The notes beneath the pieces were generated by a model. That model was not told where the DNA came from. It saw only the letters and a list, made by a program, of their open reading frames with translations, and made no database searches. Position numbers and translations under genes: made by a program. A DNA stretch of 64,000 nt from Auanema rhodensis (Eukaryota > Animalia > Nematoda). Location: the NCBI GenBank assembly GCA_964057225.1, contig OZ059894.1, positions 2,480,001 to 2,544,000 on the forward strand, read 5' to 3'. Below are positions 23,867-39,661 of this stretch, piece after piece; the first letter of the stretch is position 1, and each line of letters starts with the position of its first letter.

Positions 23867-26800
23867 CAAAAACATTTTGACAAAAATTTTTTCGAAAAAT
23901 TTCAAAATATTTTAGCAAGAAGTAGATGTTTTTAGATTCCTTTTTTCAAGGCAAAGACGATGGACAATGTTATTCAACGAAAAAATAATTTCTTCAGGGT
24001 GAAAATCGAGGATATAAGTGTGAACTTATATCAGTTGATATCTCGGTGCATTTTTAAGCTAGCGCAAATCTGATAACACAGATCGACGCAGCTTAAAAAT
24101 CCGCATCAAATGCACTATACTACATTGAGAAACGCTTAATACAAAAATTAGTTATGATCGTTTGAAAAATGATGCATTAGTGTATGTTGAGTTTCCATGT
24201 ACACTCAACATTGCTTCCAAAAACATTTTGACAAAAATTTTTTCGAAAAATTTCAAAATATTTTAGCAAGAAGTAGATGTTTTTAGATTCCTTTTTTTAA
24301 GGCAAAGACGATGGACAATGTTATTCAACGAAAAAATTAATTCTTCAGGGTGAAAATCGAGGATATAAGTGTGAACTTATATCAGTTGATATCTCGGTGC
24401 ATTTTCAAGCTAGCGCAAATCTGATAACACAGATCGACGCAGCTTAAAAATCCGCTTCGAATGCACTATACTACATTGAGAAACGCTCAATACAAAAATT
24501 AGTTATGATCGTTTGAAAAATGATGCATTAGTGTATGTTGAGTTTCCATGTACACTCAACATTGCTTCCAAAAACATTTTGACAAAAATTTTTTCGAAAA
24601 ATTTCAAAATAATTTAGCAAAAAGTAGATGTTTTTAGATTCCTTTTTTCAAGGCAAAGACGATGGACATTGTTATTCAACGAAAAAATCAATTCTTCAGG
24701 GTGAAAATTGAGGATCTAAGTGTGAACTTATATCAGTTGATATCTCGGTGCATTTTTAAGCTAGCGCAAATCTGATAACACAGATCGACGCAGCTTAAAA
24801 ATCCGCATCGAATGCACTATACTACATTGAGAAACGCTCAATACAAAAATTAGTTATGATCGTTTGAAAAATGATGAATTAGTGTATGTTGAGTTTCCAT
24901 GTACACTCAACATTGCTTCCAAAAACATTTTGACAAAAATTTTTTCGAAAAATTTCAAAATAATTTAGCAAAAAGTAGATGTTTTTAGATTCCTTTTTTC
25001 AAGGCAAAGACGATGGACATTGTTATTCAACGAAAAAATCAATTCTTCAGGGTGAAAATTGAGGATCTAAGTGTGAACTTATATCAGTTGATATCTCGGT
25101 GCATTTTTAAGCTAGCGCAAATCTGATAACACAGATCGACGCAGCTTAAAAATCCGCATCGAATGCACTATACTACATTGAGAAACGCTCAATACAAAAA
25201 TTAGTTATGATCGTTTGAAAAATGATGCATTAGTGTATGTTGAGTTTCCATGTACACTCAACATTGCTTCCAAAAATATTTTGACAAAAATTTTTTCGAA
25301 AAATTTCAAAATAATTTAGCAAAAAGTAGATGTTTTTAGATTCCTTTTTTCAAGGCAAAGACGATGGACATTGTTATTCAACGAAAAAATCAATTCTTCA
25401 GGGTGAAAATTGAGGATCTAAGTGTGAACTTATATCAGTTGATATCTCGGTGCATTTTTAAGCTAGCGCAAATCTGATAACACAGATCGACGCAGCTTAA
25501 AAATCCGCATCGAATGCACTATACTACATTGAGAAACGCTCAATACAAAAATTAGTTATGATCGTTTGAAAAATGATGAATTAGTGTATGTTGAGTTTCC
25601 ATGTACACTCAACATTGCTTCCAAAAACATTTTGACAAAAATTTTTTCGAAAAATTTCAAAATAATTTAGCAAAAAGTAGATGTTTTTAGATTCCTTTTT
25701 TCAAGGCAAAGACGATGGACATTGTTATTCAACGAAAAAATCAATTCTTCAGGGTGAAAATCGAGGATATAAGTGTGAACTTATATCAGTTGATATCTCG
25801 GTGCATTTTTAAGCTAGCGCAAATCTGATAACACAGATCGACGCAGCTTAAAAATCCGCATCGAATGCACTATACTACATTGAGAAACGCTCAATACAAA
25901 AATTAGTTATGATCGTTTGAAAAATGATGCATTAGTGTATGTTGAGTTTCCATGTACACTCAACATTGCTTCCAAAAACATTTTGACAAAAATTTTTTCG
26001 AAAAATTTCAAAATAATTTAGCAAAAAATAGATGTTTTTAGATTCCTTTTTTTAAGGCAAAGACGATGGACAATGTTATTCAACGAAAAAATTAATTCTT
26101 CAGGGTGAAAATCGAGGATATAAGTGTGAACTTATATCAGTTGATATCTCGGTGCATTTTCAAGCTAGCGCAAATCTGATAACACAGATCGACGCAGCTT
26201 AAAAATCCGCATCAAATGCACTATACTACATTGAGAAACGCTTAATACAAAAATTAGTTATGATCGTTTGAAAAATGATGCATTAGTGTATGTTGAGTTT
26301 CCATGTACACTCAACATTGCTTCCAAAAACATTTTGACAAAAATTTTTTCGAAAAATTTCAAAATAATTTAGCAAAAAGTAGATGTTTTTAGATTCCTTT
26401 TTTCAAGGCAAAGACGATGGACATTGTTATTCAACGAAAAAATCAATTCTTCAGGGTGAAAATCGAGGATCTAAGTGTGAACTTATATCAGTTGATATCT
26501 CGGTGCATTTTTAAGCTAGCGCAAATCTGATAACACAGATCGACGCAGCTTAAAAATCCGCATCGAATGCACTATACTACATTGAGAAACGCTCAATACA
26601 AAAATTAGTTATGATCGTTTGAAAAATGATGCATTAGTGTATGTTGAGTTTCCATGTACACTCAACATTGCTTCCAAAAACATTTTGACAAAAATTTTTT
26701 CGAAAAATTTCAAAATATTTTAGCAAGAAGTAGATGTTTTTAGATTCCTTTTTTCAAGGCAAAGACGATGGACAATGTTATTCAACGAAAAAATAATTTC

Positions 26801-28780
26801 TTCAGGGTGAAAATCGAGGATATAAGTGTGAACTTATATCAGTTGATATCTCGGTGCATTTTTAAGCTAGCGCAAATCTGATAACACAGATCGACGCAGC
26901 TTAAAAATCCGCATCAAATGCACTATACTACATTGAGAAACGCTTAATACAAAAATTAGTTATGATCGTTTGAAAAATGATGCATTAGTGTATGTTGAGT
27001 TTCCATGTACACTCAACATTGCTTCCAAAAACATTTTGACAAAAATTTTTTCGAAAAATTTCAAAATATTTTAGCAAGAAGTAGATGTTTTTAGATTCCT
27101 TTTTTTAAGGCAAAGACGATGGACAATGTTATTCAACGAAAAAATTAATTCTTCAGGGTGAAAATCGAGGATATAAGTGTGAACTTATATCAGTTGATAT
27201 CTCGGTGCATTTTCAAGCTAGCGCAAATCTGATAACACAGATCGACGCAGCTTAAAAATCCGCATCAAATGCACTATACTACATTGAGAAACGCTTAATA
27301 CAAAAATTAGTTATGATCGTTTGAAAAATGATGCATTAGTGTATGTTGAGTTTCCATGTACACTCAACATTGCTTCCAAAAACATTTTGACAAAAATTTT
27401 TTCGAAAAATTTCAAAATAATTTAGCAAAAAGTAGATGTTTTTAGATTCCTTTTTTCAAGGCAAAGACGATGGACATTGTTATTCAACGAAAAAATCAAT
27501 TCTTCAGGGTGAAAATTGAGGATCTAAGTGTGAACTTATATCAGTTGATATCTCGGTGCATTTTTAAGCTAGCGCAAATCTGATAACACAGATCGACGCA
27601 GCTTAAAAATCCGCATCGAATGCACTATACTACATTGAGAAACGCTCAATACAAAAATTAGTTATGATCGTTTGAAAAATGATGAATTAGTGTATGTTGA
27701 GTTTCCATGTACACTCAACATTGCTTCCAAAAACATTTTGACAAAAATTTTTTCGAAAAATTTCAAAATAATTTAGCAAAAAGTAGATGTTTTTAGATTC
27801 CTTTTTTCAAGGCAAAGACGATGGACATTGTTATTCAACGAAAAAATCAATTCTTCAGGGTGAAAATTGAGGATCTAAGTGTGAACTTATATCAGTTGAT
27901 ATCTCGGTGCATTTTTAAGCTAGCGCAAATCTGATAACACAGATCGACGCAGCTTAAAAATCCGCATCGAATGCACTATACTACATTGAGAAACGCTCAA
28001 TACAAAAATTAGTTATGATCGTTTGAAAAATGATGCATTAGTGTATGTTGAGTTTCCATGTACACTCAACATTGCTTCCAAAAACATTTTGACAAAAATT
28101 TTTTCGAAAAATTTCAAAATAATTTAGCAAAAAGTAGATGTTTTTAGATTCCTTTTTTCAAGGCAAAGACGATGGACATTGTTATTCAACGAAAAAATCA
28201 ATTCTTCAGGGTGAAAATTGAGGATCTAAGTGTGAACTTATATCAGTTGATATCTCGGTGCATTTTTAAGCTAGCGCAAATCTGATAACACAGATCGACG
28301 CAGCTTAAAAATCCGCATCGAATGCACTATACTACATTGAGAAACGCTCAATACAAAAATTAGTTATGATCGTTTGAAAAATGATGAATTAGTGTATGTT
28401 GAGTTTCCATGTACACTCAACATTGCTTCCAAAAACATTTTGACAAAAATTTTTTCGAAAAATTTCAAAATAATTTAGCAAAAAGTAGATGTTTTTAGAT
28501 TCCTTTTTTCAAGGCAAAGACGATGGACATTGTTATTCAACGAAAAAATCAATTCTTCAGGGTGAAAATTGAGGATCTAAGTGTGAACTTATATCAGTTG
28601 ATATCTCGGTGCATTTTTAAGCTAGCGCAAATCTGATAACACAGATCGACGCAGCTTAAAAATCCGCATCGAATGCACTATACTACATTGAGAAACGCTC
28701 AATACAAAAATTAGTTATGATCGTTTGAAAAATGATGAATTAGTGTATGTTGAGTTTCCATGTACACTCAACATTGCTTC
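23165..28780 (+). repeat. Imperfect 8-monomer higher-order repeat x2 (2808 bp)
   Basis: GCAAAAAATAG 23213/26021 and the ATATTTTAGCAAGAAG monomer pair 23867/26675 and 24218/27026 recur at offset 2808. Confidence 0.75.
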
Positions 28781-29833
28781 CAAAAACATTTTGACAAAAA
28801 TTTTTTCGAAAAATTTCAAAATAATTTAGCAAAAAGTAGATGTTTTTAGATTCCTTTTTTCAAGGCAAAGACGATGGACATTGTTATTCAACGAAAAAAT
28901 CAATTCTTCAGGGTGAAAATCGAGGATATAAGTGTGAACTTATATCAGTTGATATCTCGGTGCATTTTCCAGCTAGCGCAAATCTGATAACACAGATCGA
29001 CGCAGCTTAAAAATCCGCATCAAATGCACTATACTACATTGAGAAACGCTCAATACAAAAATTAGTTATGATCGTTTGAAAAATGATGAATTAGTGTATG
29101 TTGAGTTTCCATGTACACTCAACATTGCTTCCAAAAACATTTTGACAAAATATTTTTCGAAAAATTTCAGAATATTTTAGCAAGAAGTAGATGTTTTTAG
29201 ATTCCTTTTTTCAAGGCAAAGACGATGGACAATGTTATTCAACGAAAAAATAATTTCTTCAGGGTGAAAATCGAGGATATAAGTGTGAACTTATATCAGT
29301 TGATATCTCGGTGCATTTTTAAGCTAGCGCAAATCTGATAACACAGATCGACGCAGCTTAAAAATCCGCATCAAATGCACTATACTACATTGAGAAACGC
29401 TTAATACAAAAATTAGTTATGATCGTTTGAAAAATGATGCATTAGTGTATGTTGAGTTTCCATGTACACTCAACATTGCTTCCAAAAACATTTTGACAAA
29501 AATTTTTTCGAAAAATTTCAAAATATTTTAGCAAGAAGTAGATGTTTTTAGATTCCTTTTTTTAAGGCAAAGACGATGGACAATGTTATTCAACGAAAAA
29601 ATTAATTCTTCAGGGTGAAAATCGAGGATATAAGTGTGAACTTATATCAGTTGATATCTCGGTGCATTTTCAAGCTAGCGCAAATCTGATAACACAGATC
29701 GACGCAGCTTAAAAATCCGCATCAAATGCACTATACTACATTGAGAAACGCTTAATACAAAAATTAGTTATGATCGTTTGAAAAATGATGCATTAGTGTA
29801 TGTTGAGTTTCCATGTACACTCAACATTGCTTC

Positions 29834-31939
29834 CAAAAACATTTTGACAAAAATTTTTTCGAAAAATTTCAAAATAATTTAGCAAAAAGTAGATGTTTTT
29901 AGATTCCTTTTTTCAAGGCAAAGACGATGGACATTGTTATTCAACGAAAAAATCAATTCTTCAGGGTGAAAATTGAGGATCTAAGTGTGAACTTATATCA
30001 GTTGATATCTCGGTGCATTTTTAAGCTAGCGCAAATCTGATAACACAGATCGACGCAGCTTAAAAATCCGCATCGAATGCACTATACTACATTGAGAAAC
30101 GCTCAATACAAAAATTAGTTATGATCGTTTGAAAAATGATGAATTAGTGTATGTTGAGTTTCCATGTACACTCAACATTGCTTCCAAAAACATTTTGACA
30201 AAAATTTTTTCGAAAAATTTCAAAATAATTTAGCAAAAAGTAGATGTTTTTAGATTCCTTTTTTCAAGGCAAAGACGATGGACATTGTTATTCAACGAAA
30301 AAATCAATTCTTCAGGGTGAAAATTGAGGATCTAAGTGTGAACTTATATCAGTTGATATCTCGGTGCATTTTTAAGCTAGCGCAAATCTGATAACACAGA
30401 TCGACGCAGCTTAAAAATCCGCATCGAATGCACTATACTACATTGAGAAACGCTCAATACAAAAATTAGTTATGATCGTTTGAAAAATGATGAATTAGTG
30501 TATGTTGAGTTTCCATGTACACTCAACATTGCTTCCAAAAACATTTTGACAAAAATTTTTTCGAAAAATTTCAAAATAATTTAGCAAAAAGTAGATGTTT
30601 TTAGATTCCTTTTTTCAAGGCAAAGACGATGGACATTGTTATTCAACGAAAAAATCAATTCTTCAGGGTGAAAATTGAGGATCTAAGTGTGAACTTATAT
30701 CAGTTGATATCTCGGTGCATTTTTAAGCTAGCGCAAATCTGATAACACAGATCGACGCAGCTTAAAAATCCGCATCGAATGCACTATACTACATTGAGAA
30801 ACGCTCAATACAAAAATTAGTTATGATCGTTTGAAAAATGATGCATTAGTGTATGTTGAGTTTCCATGTACACTCAACATTGCTTCCAAAAACATTTTGA
30901 CAAAAATTTTTTCGAAAAATTTCAAAATAATTTAGCAAAAAGTAGATGTTTTTAGATTCCTTTTTTCAAGGCAAAGACGATGGACATTGTTATTCAACGA
31001 AAAAATCAATTCTTCAGGGTGAAAATTGAGGATCTAAGTGTGAACTTATATCAGTTGATATCTCGGTGCATTTTTAAGCTAGCGCAAATCTGATAACACA
31101 GATCGACGCAGCTTAAAAATCCGCATCGAATGCACTATACTACATTGAGAAACGCTCAATACAAAAATTAGTTATGATCGTTTGAAAAATGATGAATTAG
31201 TGTATGTTGAGTTTCCATGTACACTCAACATTGCTTCCAAAAACATTTTGACAAAAATTTTTTCGAAAAATTTCAAAATAATTTAGCAAAAAGTAGATGT
31301 TTTTAGATTCCTTTTTTCAAGGCAAAGACGATGGACATTGTTATTCAACGAAAAAATCAATTCTTCAGGGTGAAAATTGAGGATCTAAGTGTGAACTTAT
31401 ATCAGTTGATATCTCGGTGCATTTTTAAGCTAGCGCAAATCTGATAACACAGATCGACGCAGCTTAAAAATCCGCATCGAATGCACTATACTACATTGAG
31501 AAACGCTCAATACAAAAATTAGTTATGATCGTTTGAAAAATGATGCATTAGTGTATGTTGAGTTTCCATGTACACTCAACATTGCTTCCAAAAACATTTT
31601 GACAAAAATTTTTTCGAAAAATTTCAAAATAATTTAGCAAAAAGTAGATGTTTTTAGATTCCTTTTTTCAAGGCAAAGACGATGGACATTGTTATTCAAC
31701 GAAAAAATCAATTCTTCAGGGTGAAAATTGAGGATCTAAGTGTGAACTTATATCAGTTGATATCTCGGTGCATTTTTAAGCTAGCGCAAATCTGATAACA
31801 CAGATCGACGCAGCTTAAAAATCCGCATCGAATGCACTATACTACATTGAGAAACGCTCAATACAAAAATTAGTTATGATCGTTTGAAAAATGATGAATT
31901 AGTGTATGTTGAGTTTCCATGTACACTCAACATTGCTTC
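29834..31939 (+). repeat. Homogeneous run of six near-identical monomers (ATCAATTC...AATTGAGGATCT haplotype)
   Basis: AATTGAGGATCT at 29971, 30322, 30673, 31024, 31375 and 31726. The copies differ essentially only at GATG[A/C]ATT and in the end monomer. Confidence 0.85.
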
Positions 31940-34900
31940 CAAAAACATTTTGACAAAATATTTTTCGAAAAATTTCAGAATATTTTAGCAAGAAGTAGAT
32001 GTTTTTAGATTCCTTTTTTCAAGGCAAAGACGATGGACATTGTTATTCAACGAAAAAATCAATTCTTCAGGGTGAAAATCGAGGATATAAGTGTGAACTT
32101 ATATCAGTTGATATCTCGGTGCATTTTTAAGCTAGCGCAAATCTGATAACACAGATCGACGCAGCTTAAAAATCCGCATCGAATGCACTATACTACATTG
32201 AGAAACGCTCAATACAAAAATTAGTTATGATCGTTTGAAAAATGATGAATTAGTGTATGTTGAGTTTCCATGTACACTCAACATTGCTTCCAAAAACATT
32301 TTGACAAAATATTTTTCGAAAAATTTCAGAATATTTTAGCAAGAAGTAGATGTTTTTAGATTCCTTTTTTCAAGGCAAAGACGATGGACAATGTTATTCA
32401 ACGAAAAAATAATTTCTTCAGGGTGAAAATCGAGGATATAAGTGTGAACTTATATCAGTTGATATCTCGGTGCATTTTTAAGCTAGCGCAAATCTGATAA
32501 CACAGATCGACGCAGCTTAAAAATCCGCATCAAATGCACTGTACTACATTGAGAAACGCTCAATACAAAAATTAGTTATGATCGTTTGAAAAATGATGCA
32601 TTAGTGTATGTTGAGTTTCCATGTACACTCAACATTGCTTCCAAAAACATTTTGACAAAAATTTTTTCGAAAAATTTCAAAATAATTTAGCAAAAAGTAG
32701 ATGTTTTTAGATTCCTTTTTTTAAGGCAAAGACGATGGACAATGTTATTCAACGAAAAAATTAATTCTTCAGGGTGAAAATTGAGGATCTAAGTGTGAAC
32801 TTATATCAGTTGATATCTCGGTGCATTTTTAAGCTAGCGCAAATCTGATAACACAGATCGACGCAGCTTAAAAATCCGCATCGAATGCACTATACTACAT
32901 TGAGAAACGCTCAATACAAAAATTAGTTATGATCGTTTGAAAAATGATGAATTAGTGTATGTTGAGTTTCCATGTACACTCAACATTGCTTCCAAAAACA
33001 TTTTGACAAAAATTTTTTCGAAAAATTTCAAAATAATTTAGCAAAAAGTAGATGTTTTTAGATTCCTTTTTTCAAGGCAAAGACGATGGACATTGTTATT
33101 CAACGAAAAAATCAATTCTTCAGGGTGAAAATCGAGGATATAAGTGTGAACTTATATCAGTTGATATCTCGGTGCATTTTCCAGCTAGCGCAAATCTGAT
33201 AACACAGATCGACGCAGCTTAAAAATCCGCATCAAATGCACTATACTACATTGAGAAACGCTCAATACAAAAATTAGTTATGATCGTTTGAAAAATGATG
33301 AATTAGTGTATGTTGAGTTTCCATGTACACTCAACATTGCTTCCAAAAACATTTTGACAAAATATTTTTCGAAAAATTTCAAAATATTTTAGCAAGAAGT
33401 AGATGTTTTTAGATTCCTTTTTTCAAGGCAAAGACGATGGACAATGTTATTCAACGAAAAAATAATTTCTTCAGGGTGAAAATCGAGGATATAAGTGTGA
33501 ACTTATATCAGTTGATATCTCGGTGCATTTTTAAGCTAGCGCAAATCTGATAACACAGATCGACGCAGCTTAAAAATCCGCATCAAATGCACTGTACTAC
33601 ATTGAGAAACGCTCAATACAAAAATTAGTTATGATCGTTTGAAAAATGATGCATTAGTGTATGTTGAGTTTCCATGTACACTCAACATTGCTTCCAAAAA
33701 CATTTTGACAAAAATTTTTTCGAAAAATTTCAAAATAATTTAGCAAAAAGTAGATGTTTTTAGATTCCTTTTTTTAAGGCAAAGACGATGGACAATGTTA
33801 TTCAACGAAAAAATTAATTCTTCAGGGTGAAAATCGAGGATATAAGTGTGAACTTATATCAGTTGATATCTCGGTGCATTTTCAAGCTAGCGCAAATCTG
33901 ATAACACAGATCGACGCAGCTTAAAAATCCGCATCGAATGCACTATTCTACATTGAGAAACGCTCAATACAAAAATTAGTTATGATCGTTTGAAAAATGA
34001 TGCATTAGTGTATGTTGAGTTTCCATGTACAATCAACATTGCTTCCAAAAACATTTTGACAAAAATTTTTTCGAAAAATTTCAAAATAATTTAGCAAAAA
34101 GTAGATGTTTTTAGATTCCTTTTTTCAAGGCAAAGACGATGGACGATGTTATTCAACGAAAAAATTAATTCTTCAGGGTGAAAATCGAGGATATAAGTGT
34201 GAACTTATATCAGTTGATATCTCGGTGCATTTTTGAGCTAGCGCAAATCTGATAACACAGATCGACGCAGCTTAAAAATCCGCATCGAATGCACTATACT
34301 ACATTGAGAAACGCTCAATACAAAAATTAGTTATGATCGTTTGAAAAATGATGAATTAGTGTATGTTGAGTTTCCATGTACACTCAACATTGCTTCCAAA
34401 AACATTTTGACAAAAATTTTTTCGAGAAATTTCAAAATAATTTAGCAAAAAGTAGATGTTTTTAGATTCCTTTTTTCAAGGCGAAGACGATGGACATTGT
34501 TATTCAACGAAAAAATTAATTCTTCAGGGTGAAAATCGAGGATATAAGTGTGAACTTATATCAGTTGATATCTCGGTGCATTTTTAAGCTAGCGCAAATC
34601 TGATAACACAGATCGACGCAGCTTAAAAATCCGCATCGAATGCACTATACTACATTGAGAAACGCTTAATACAAAAATTAGTTATGATCGTTTGAAAAAT
34701 GATGCATTAGTGTATGTTGAGTTTCCATGTACACTCAACATTGCTTCCAAAAACATTTTGACAAAAATTTTTTCGAAAAATTTCAAAATAATTTAGCAAA
34801 AAGTAGATGTTTTTAGATTCCTTTTTTCAAGGCAAAGACGATGGACATTGTTATTCAACGAAAAAATCAATTCTTCAGGGTGAAAATCGAGGATCTAAGT

Positions 34901-37900
34901 GTGAACTTATATCAGTTGATATCTCGGTGCATTTTTAAGCTAGCGCAAATCTGATAACACAGATCGACGCAGCTTAAAAATCCGCATCGAATGCACTATA
35001 CTACATTGAGAAACGCTCAATACAAAAATTAGTTATGATCGTTTGAAAAATGATGCATTAGTGTATGTTGAGTTTCCATGTACACTCAACATTGCTTCCA
35101 AAAACATTTTGACAAAAATTTTTTCGAAAAATTTCAAAATAATTTAGCAAAAAGTAGATGTTTTTAGATTCCTTTTTTCAAGGCAAAGACGATGGACTTT
35201 GTTATTCAACGAAAAAATCAATTCTTCAGGGTGAAAATCGAGGATACAAGTGTGAACTTATATCAGTTGATATCTCGGTGCATTTTTAAGCTAGCGCAAA
35301 TCTGATAACACAGATCGACGCAGCTTAAAAATCCGCATCAAATGCACTATACTACATTGAGAAACGCTCAATACAAAAATTAGTTATGATCGTTTGAAAA
35401 ATGATGAATTAGTGTATGTTGAGTTTCCATGTACACTCAACATTGCTTCCAAAAACATTTTGACAAAAATTTTTTCGAAAAATTTCAAAATAATTTAGCA
35501 AAAAGTAGATGTTTTTAGATTCCTTTTTTCAAGGCAAAGACGATGGACGATGTTATTCAACGAAAAAATTAATTCTTCAGGGTGAAAATCGAGGATATAA
35601 GTGTGAACTTATATCAGTTGATATCTCGGTGCATTTTTAAGCTAGCGCAAATCTGATAACACAGATCGACGCAGCTTAAAAATCCGCATCGAATGCACTA
35701 TACTACATTGAGAAACGCTCAATACAAAAATTAGTTATGATCGTTTGAAAAATGATGAATTAGTGTATGTTGAGTTTCCATGTACACTCAACATTGCTTC
35801 CAAAAACATTTTGACAAAAATTTTTTCGAGAAATTTCAAAATAATTTAGCAAAAAGTAGATGTTTTTAGATTCCTTTTTTCAAGGCGAAGACGATGGACA
35901 TTGTTATTCAACGAAAAAATTAATTCTTCAGGGTGAAAATCGAGGATATAAGTGTGAACTTATATCAGTTGATATCTCGGTGCATTTTTAAGCTAGCGCA
36001 AATCTGATAACACAGATCGACGCAGCTTAAAAATCCGCATCGAATGCACTATACTACATTGAGAAACGCTTAATACAAAAATTAGTTATGATCGTTTGAA
36101 AAATGATGCATTAGTGTATGTTGAGTTTCCATGTACACTCAACATTGCTTCCAAAAACATTTTGACAAAAATTTTTTCGAAAAATTTCAAAATAATTTAG
36201 CAAAAAGTAGATGTTTTTAGATTCCTTTTTTCAAGGCAAAGACGATGGACATTGTTATTCAACGAAAAAATCAATTCTTCAGGGTGAAAATCGAGGATCT
36301 AAGTGTGAACTTATATCAGTTGATATCTCGGTGCATTTTTAAGCTAGCGCAAATCTGATAACACAGATCGACGCAGCTTAAAAATCCGCATCGAATGCAC
36401 TATATTACATTGAGAAACGCTCAATACAAAAATTAGTTATGATCGTTTGAAAAATGATGCATTAGTGTATGTTGAGTTTCCATGTACACTCAACATTGCT
36501 TCCAAAAACATTTTGACAAAAATTTTTTCGAAAAATTTCAAAATAATTTAGCAAAAAGTAGATGTTTTTAGATTCCTTTTTTCAAGGCGAAGACGATGGA
36601 CATTGTTATTCAACGAAAAAATTAATTCTTCAGGGTGAAAATCGAGGATATAAGTGTGAACTTATATCAGTTGATATCTCGGTGCATTTTTAAGCTAGCG
36701 CAAATCTGATAACACAGATCGACGCAGCTTAAAAATCCGCATCGAATGCACTATACTACATTGAGAAACGCTTAATACAAAAATTAGTTATGATCGTTTG
36801 AAAAATGATGCATTAGTGTATGTTGAGTTTCCATGTACACTCAACATTGCTTCCAAAAACATTTTGACAAAAATTTTTTCGAAAAATTTCAAAATAATTT
36901 AGCAAAAAGTAGATGTTTTTAGATTCCTTTTTTCAAGGCAAAGACGATGGACATTGTTATTCAACGAAAAAATCAATTCTTCAGGGTGAAAATCGAGGAT
37001 CTAAGTGTGAACTTATATCAGTTGATATCTCGGTGCATTTTTAAGCTAGCGCAAATCTGATAACACAGATCGACGCAGCTTAAAAATCCGCATCGAATGC
37101 ACTATACTACATTGAGAAACGCTCAATACAAAAATTAGTTATGATCGTTTGAAAAATGATGCATTAGTGTATGTTGAGTTTCCATGTACACTCAACATTG
37201 CTTCCAAAAACATTTTGACAAAAATTTTTTCGAAAAATTTCAAAATAATTTAGCAAAAAGTAGATGTTTTTAGATTCCTTTTTTCAAGGCAAAGACGATG
37301 GACTTTGTTATTCAACGAAAAAATCAATTCTTCAGGGTGAAAATCGAGGATACAAGTGTAAACTTATATCAGTTGATATCTCGGTGCATTTTTAAGCTAG
37401 CGCAAATCTGATAACACAGATCGACGCAGCTTAAAAATCCGCATCAAATGCACTATACTACATTGAGAAACGCTCAATACAAAAATTAGTTATGATCGTT
37501 TGAAAAATGATGAATTAGTGTATGTTGAGTTTCCATGTACACTCAACATTGCTTCCAAAAACATTTTGACAAAAATTTTTTCGAAAAATTTCAAAATAAT
37601 TTAGCAAAAAGTAGATGTTTTTAGATTCCTTTTTTCAAGGCAAAGACGATGGACGATGTTATTCAACGAAAAAATTAATTCTTCAGGGTGAAAATCGAGG
37701 ATATAAGTGTGAACTTATATCAGTTGATATCTCGGTGCATTTTTAAGCTAGCGCAAATCTGATAACACAGATCGACGCAGCTTAAAAATCCGCATCGAAT
37801 GCACTATACTACATTGAGAAACGCTCAATACAAAAATTAGTTATGATCGTTTGAAAAATGATGAATTAGTGTATGTTGAGTTTCCATGTACACTCAACAT

Positions 37901-39661
37901 TGCTTCCAAAAACATTTTGACAAAAATTTTTTCGAGAAATTTCAAAATAATTTAGCAAAAAGTAGATGTTTTTAGATTCCTTTTTTCAAGGCGAAGACGA
38001 TGGACATTGTTATTCAACGAAAAAATTAATTCTTCAGGGTGAAAATCGAGGATATAAGTGTGAACTTATATCAGTTGATATCTCGGTGCATTTTTAAGCT
38101 AGCGCAAATCTGATAACACAGATCGACGCAGCTTAAAAATCCGCATCGAATGCACTATACTACATTGAGAAACGCTTAATACAAAAATTAGTTATGATCG
38201 TTTGAAAAATGATGCATTAGTGTATGTTGAGTTTCCATGTACACTCAACATTGCTTCCAAAAACATTTTGACAAAAATTTTTTCGAAAAATTTCAAAATA
38301 ATTTAGCAAAAAGTAGATGTTTTTAGATTCCTTTTTTCAAGGCAAAGACGATGGACATTGTTATTCAACGAAAAAATCAATTCTTCAGGGTGAAAATCGA
38401 GGATCTAAGTGTGAACTTATATCAGTTGATATCTCGGTGCATTTTTAAGCTAGCGCAAATCTGATAACACAGATCGACGCAGCTTAAAAATCCGCATCGA
38501 ATGCACTATACTACATTGAGAAACGCTCAATACAAAAATTAGTTATGATCGTTTGAAAAATGATGCATTAGTGTATGTTGAGTTTCCATGTACACTCAAC
38601 ATTGCTTCCAAAAACATTTTGACAAAAATTTTTTCGAAAAATTTCAAAATAATTTAGCAAAAAGTAGATGTTTTTAGATTCCTTTTTTCAAGGCAAAGAC
38701 GATGGACTTTGTTATTCAACGAAAAAATCAATTCTTCAGGGTGAAAATCGAGGATATAAGTGTGAACTTATATCAGTTGATATCTCGGTGCATTTTTAAG
38801 CTAGCGCAAATCTGATAACACAGATCGACGCAGCTTAAAAATCCGCATCGAATGCACTATACTACATTGAAAAACGCTTGATACAAAAATTAGTTATGAT
38901 CGTTTGAAAAATGATGCATTAGTGTATGTTGAGTTTCCATGTACACTCAACATTGCTTCCAAAAACATTTTGACAAAAATTTTTTCGAAAAATTTCAAAA
39001 TAATTTAGCAAAAAGTAGATGTTTTTAGATTCCTTTTTTCAAGGCAAAGACGATGGACGATGTTATTCAACGAAAAAATTAATTCTTCAGGGTGAAAATC
39101 GAGGATATAAGTGTGAACTTATATCAGTTGATATCTCGGTGCATTTTCAAGCTAGCGCAAATCTGATAACACAGATCGACGCAGCTTAAAAATCCGCATC
39201 GAATGCACTATACTACATTGAGAAACGCTCAATACAAAAATTAGTTATGATCGTTTGAAAAATGATGCATTAGTGTATGTTGAGTTTCCATGTACACTCA
39301 ACATTGCTTCCAAAAACATTTTGACAAAATATTTTTCGAAAAATTTCAAAATATTTTAGCAAGAAGTAGATGTTTTTAGATTCCTTTTTTCAAGGCAAAG
39401 ACGATGGACAATGTTATTCAACGAAAAAATAATTTCTTCAGGGTGAAAATCGAGGATATAAGTGTGAACTTATATCAGTTGATATCTCGGTGCATTTTCA
39501 AGCTAGCGCAAATCTGATAACACAGATCGACGCAGCTTAAAAATCCGCATCGAATGCACTATACTACATTGAGAAACGCTCAATACAAAAATTAGTTATG
39601 ATCGTTTGAAAAATGATGCATTAGTGTATGTTGAGTTTCCATGTACACTCAACATTGCTTC

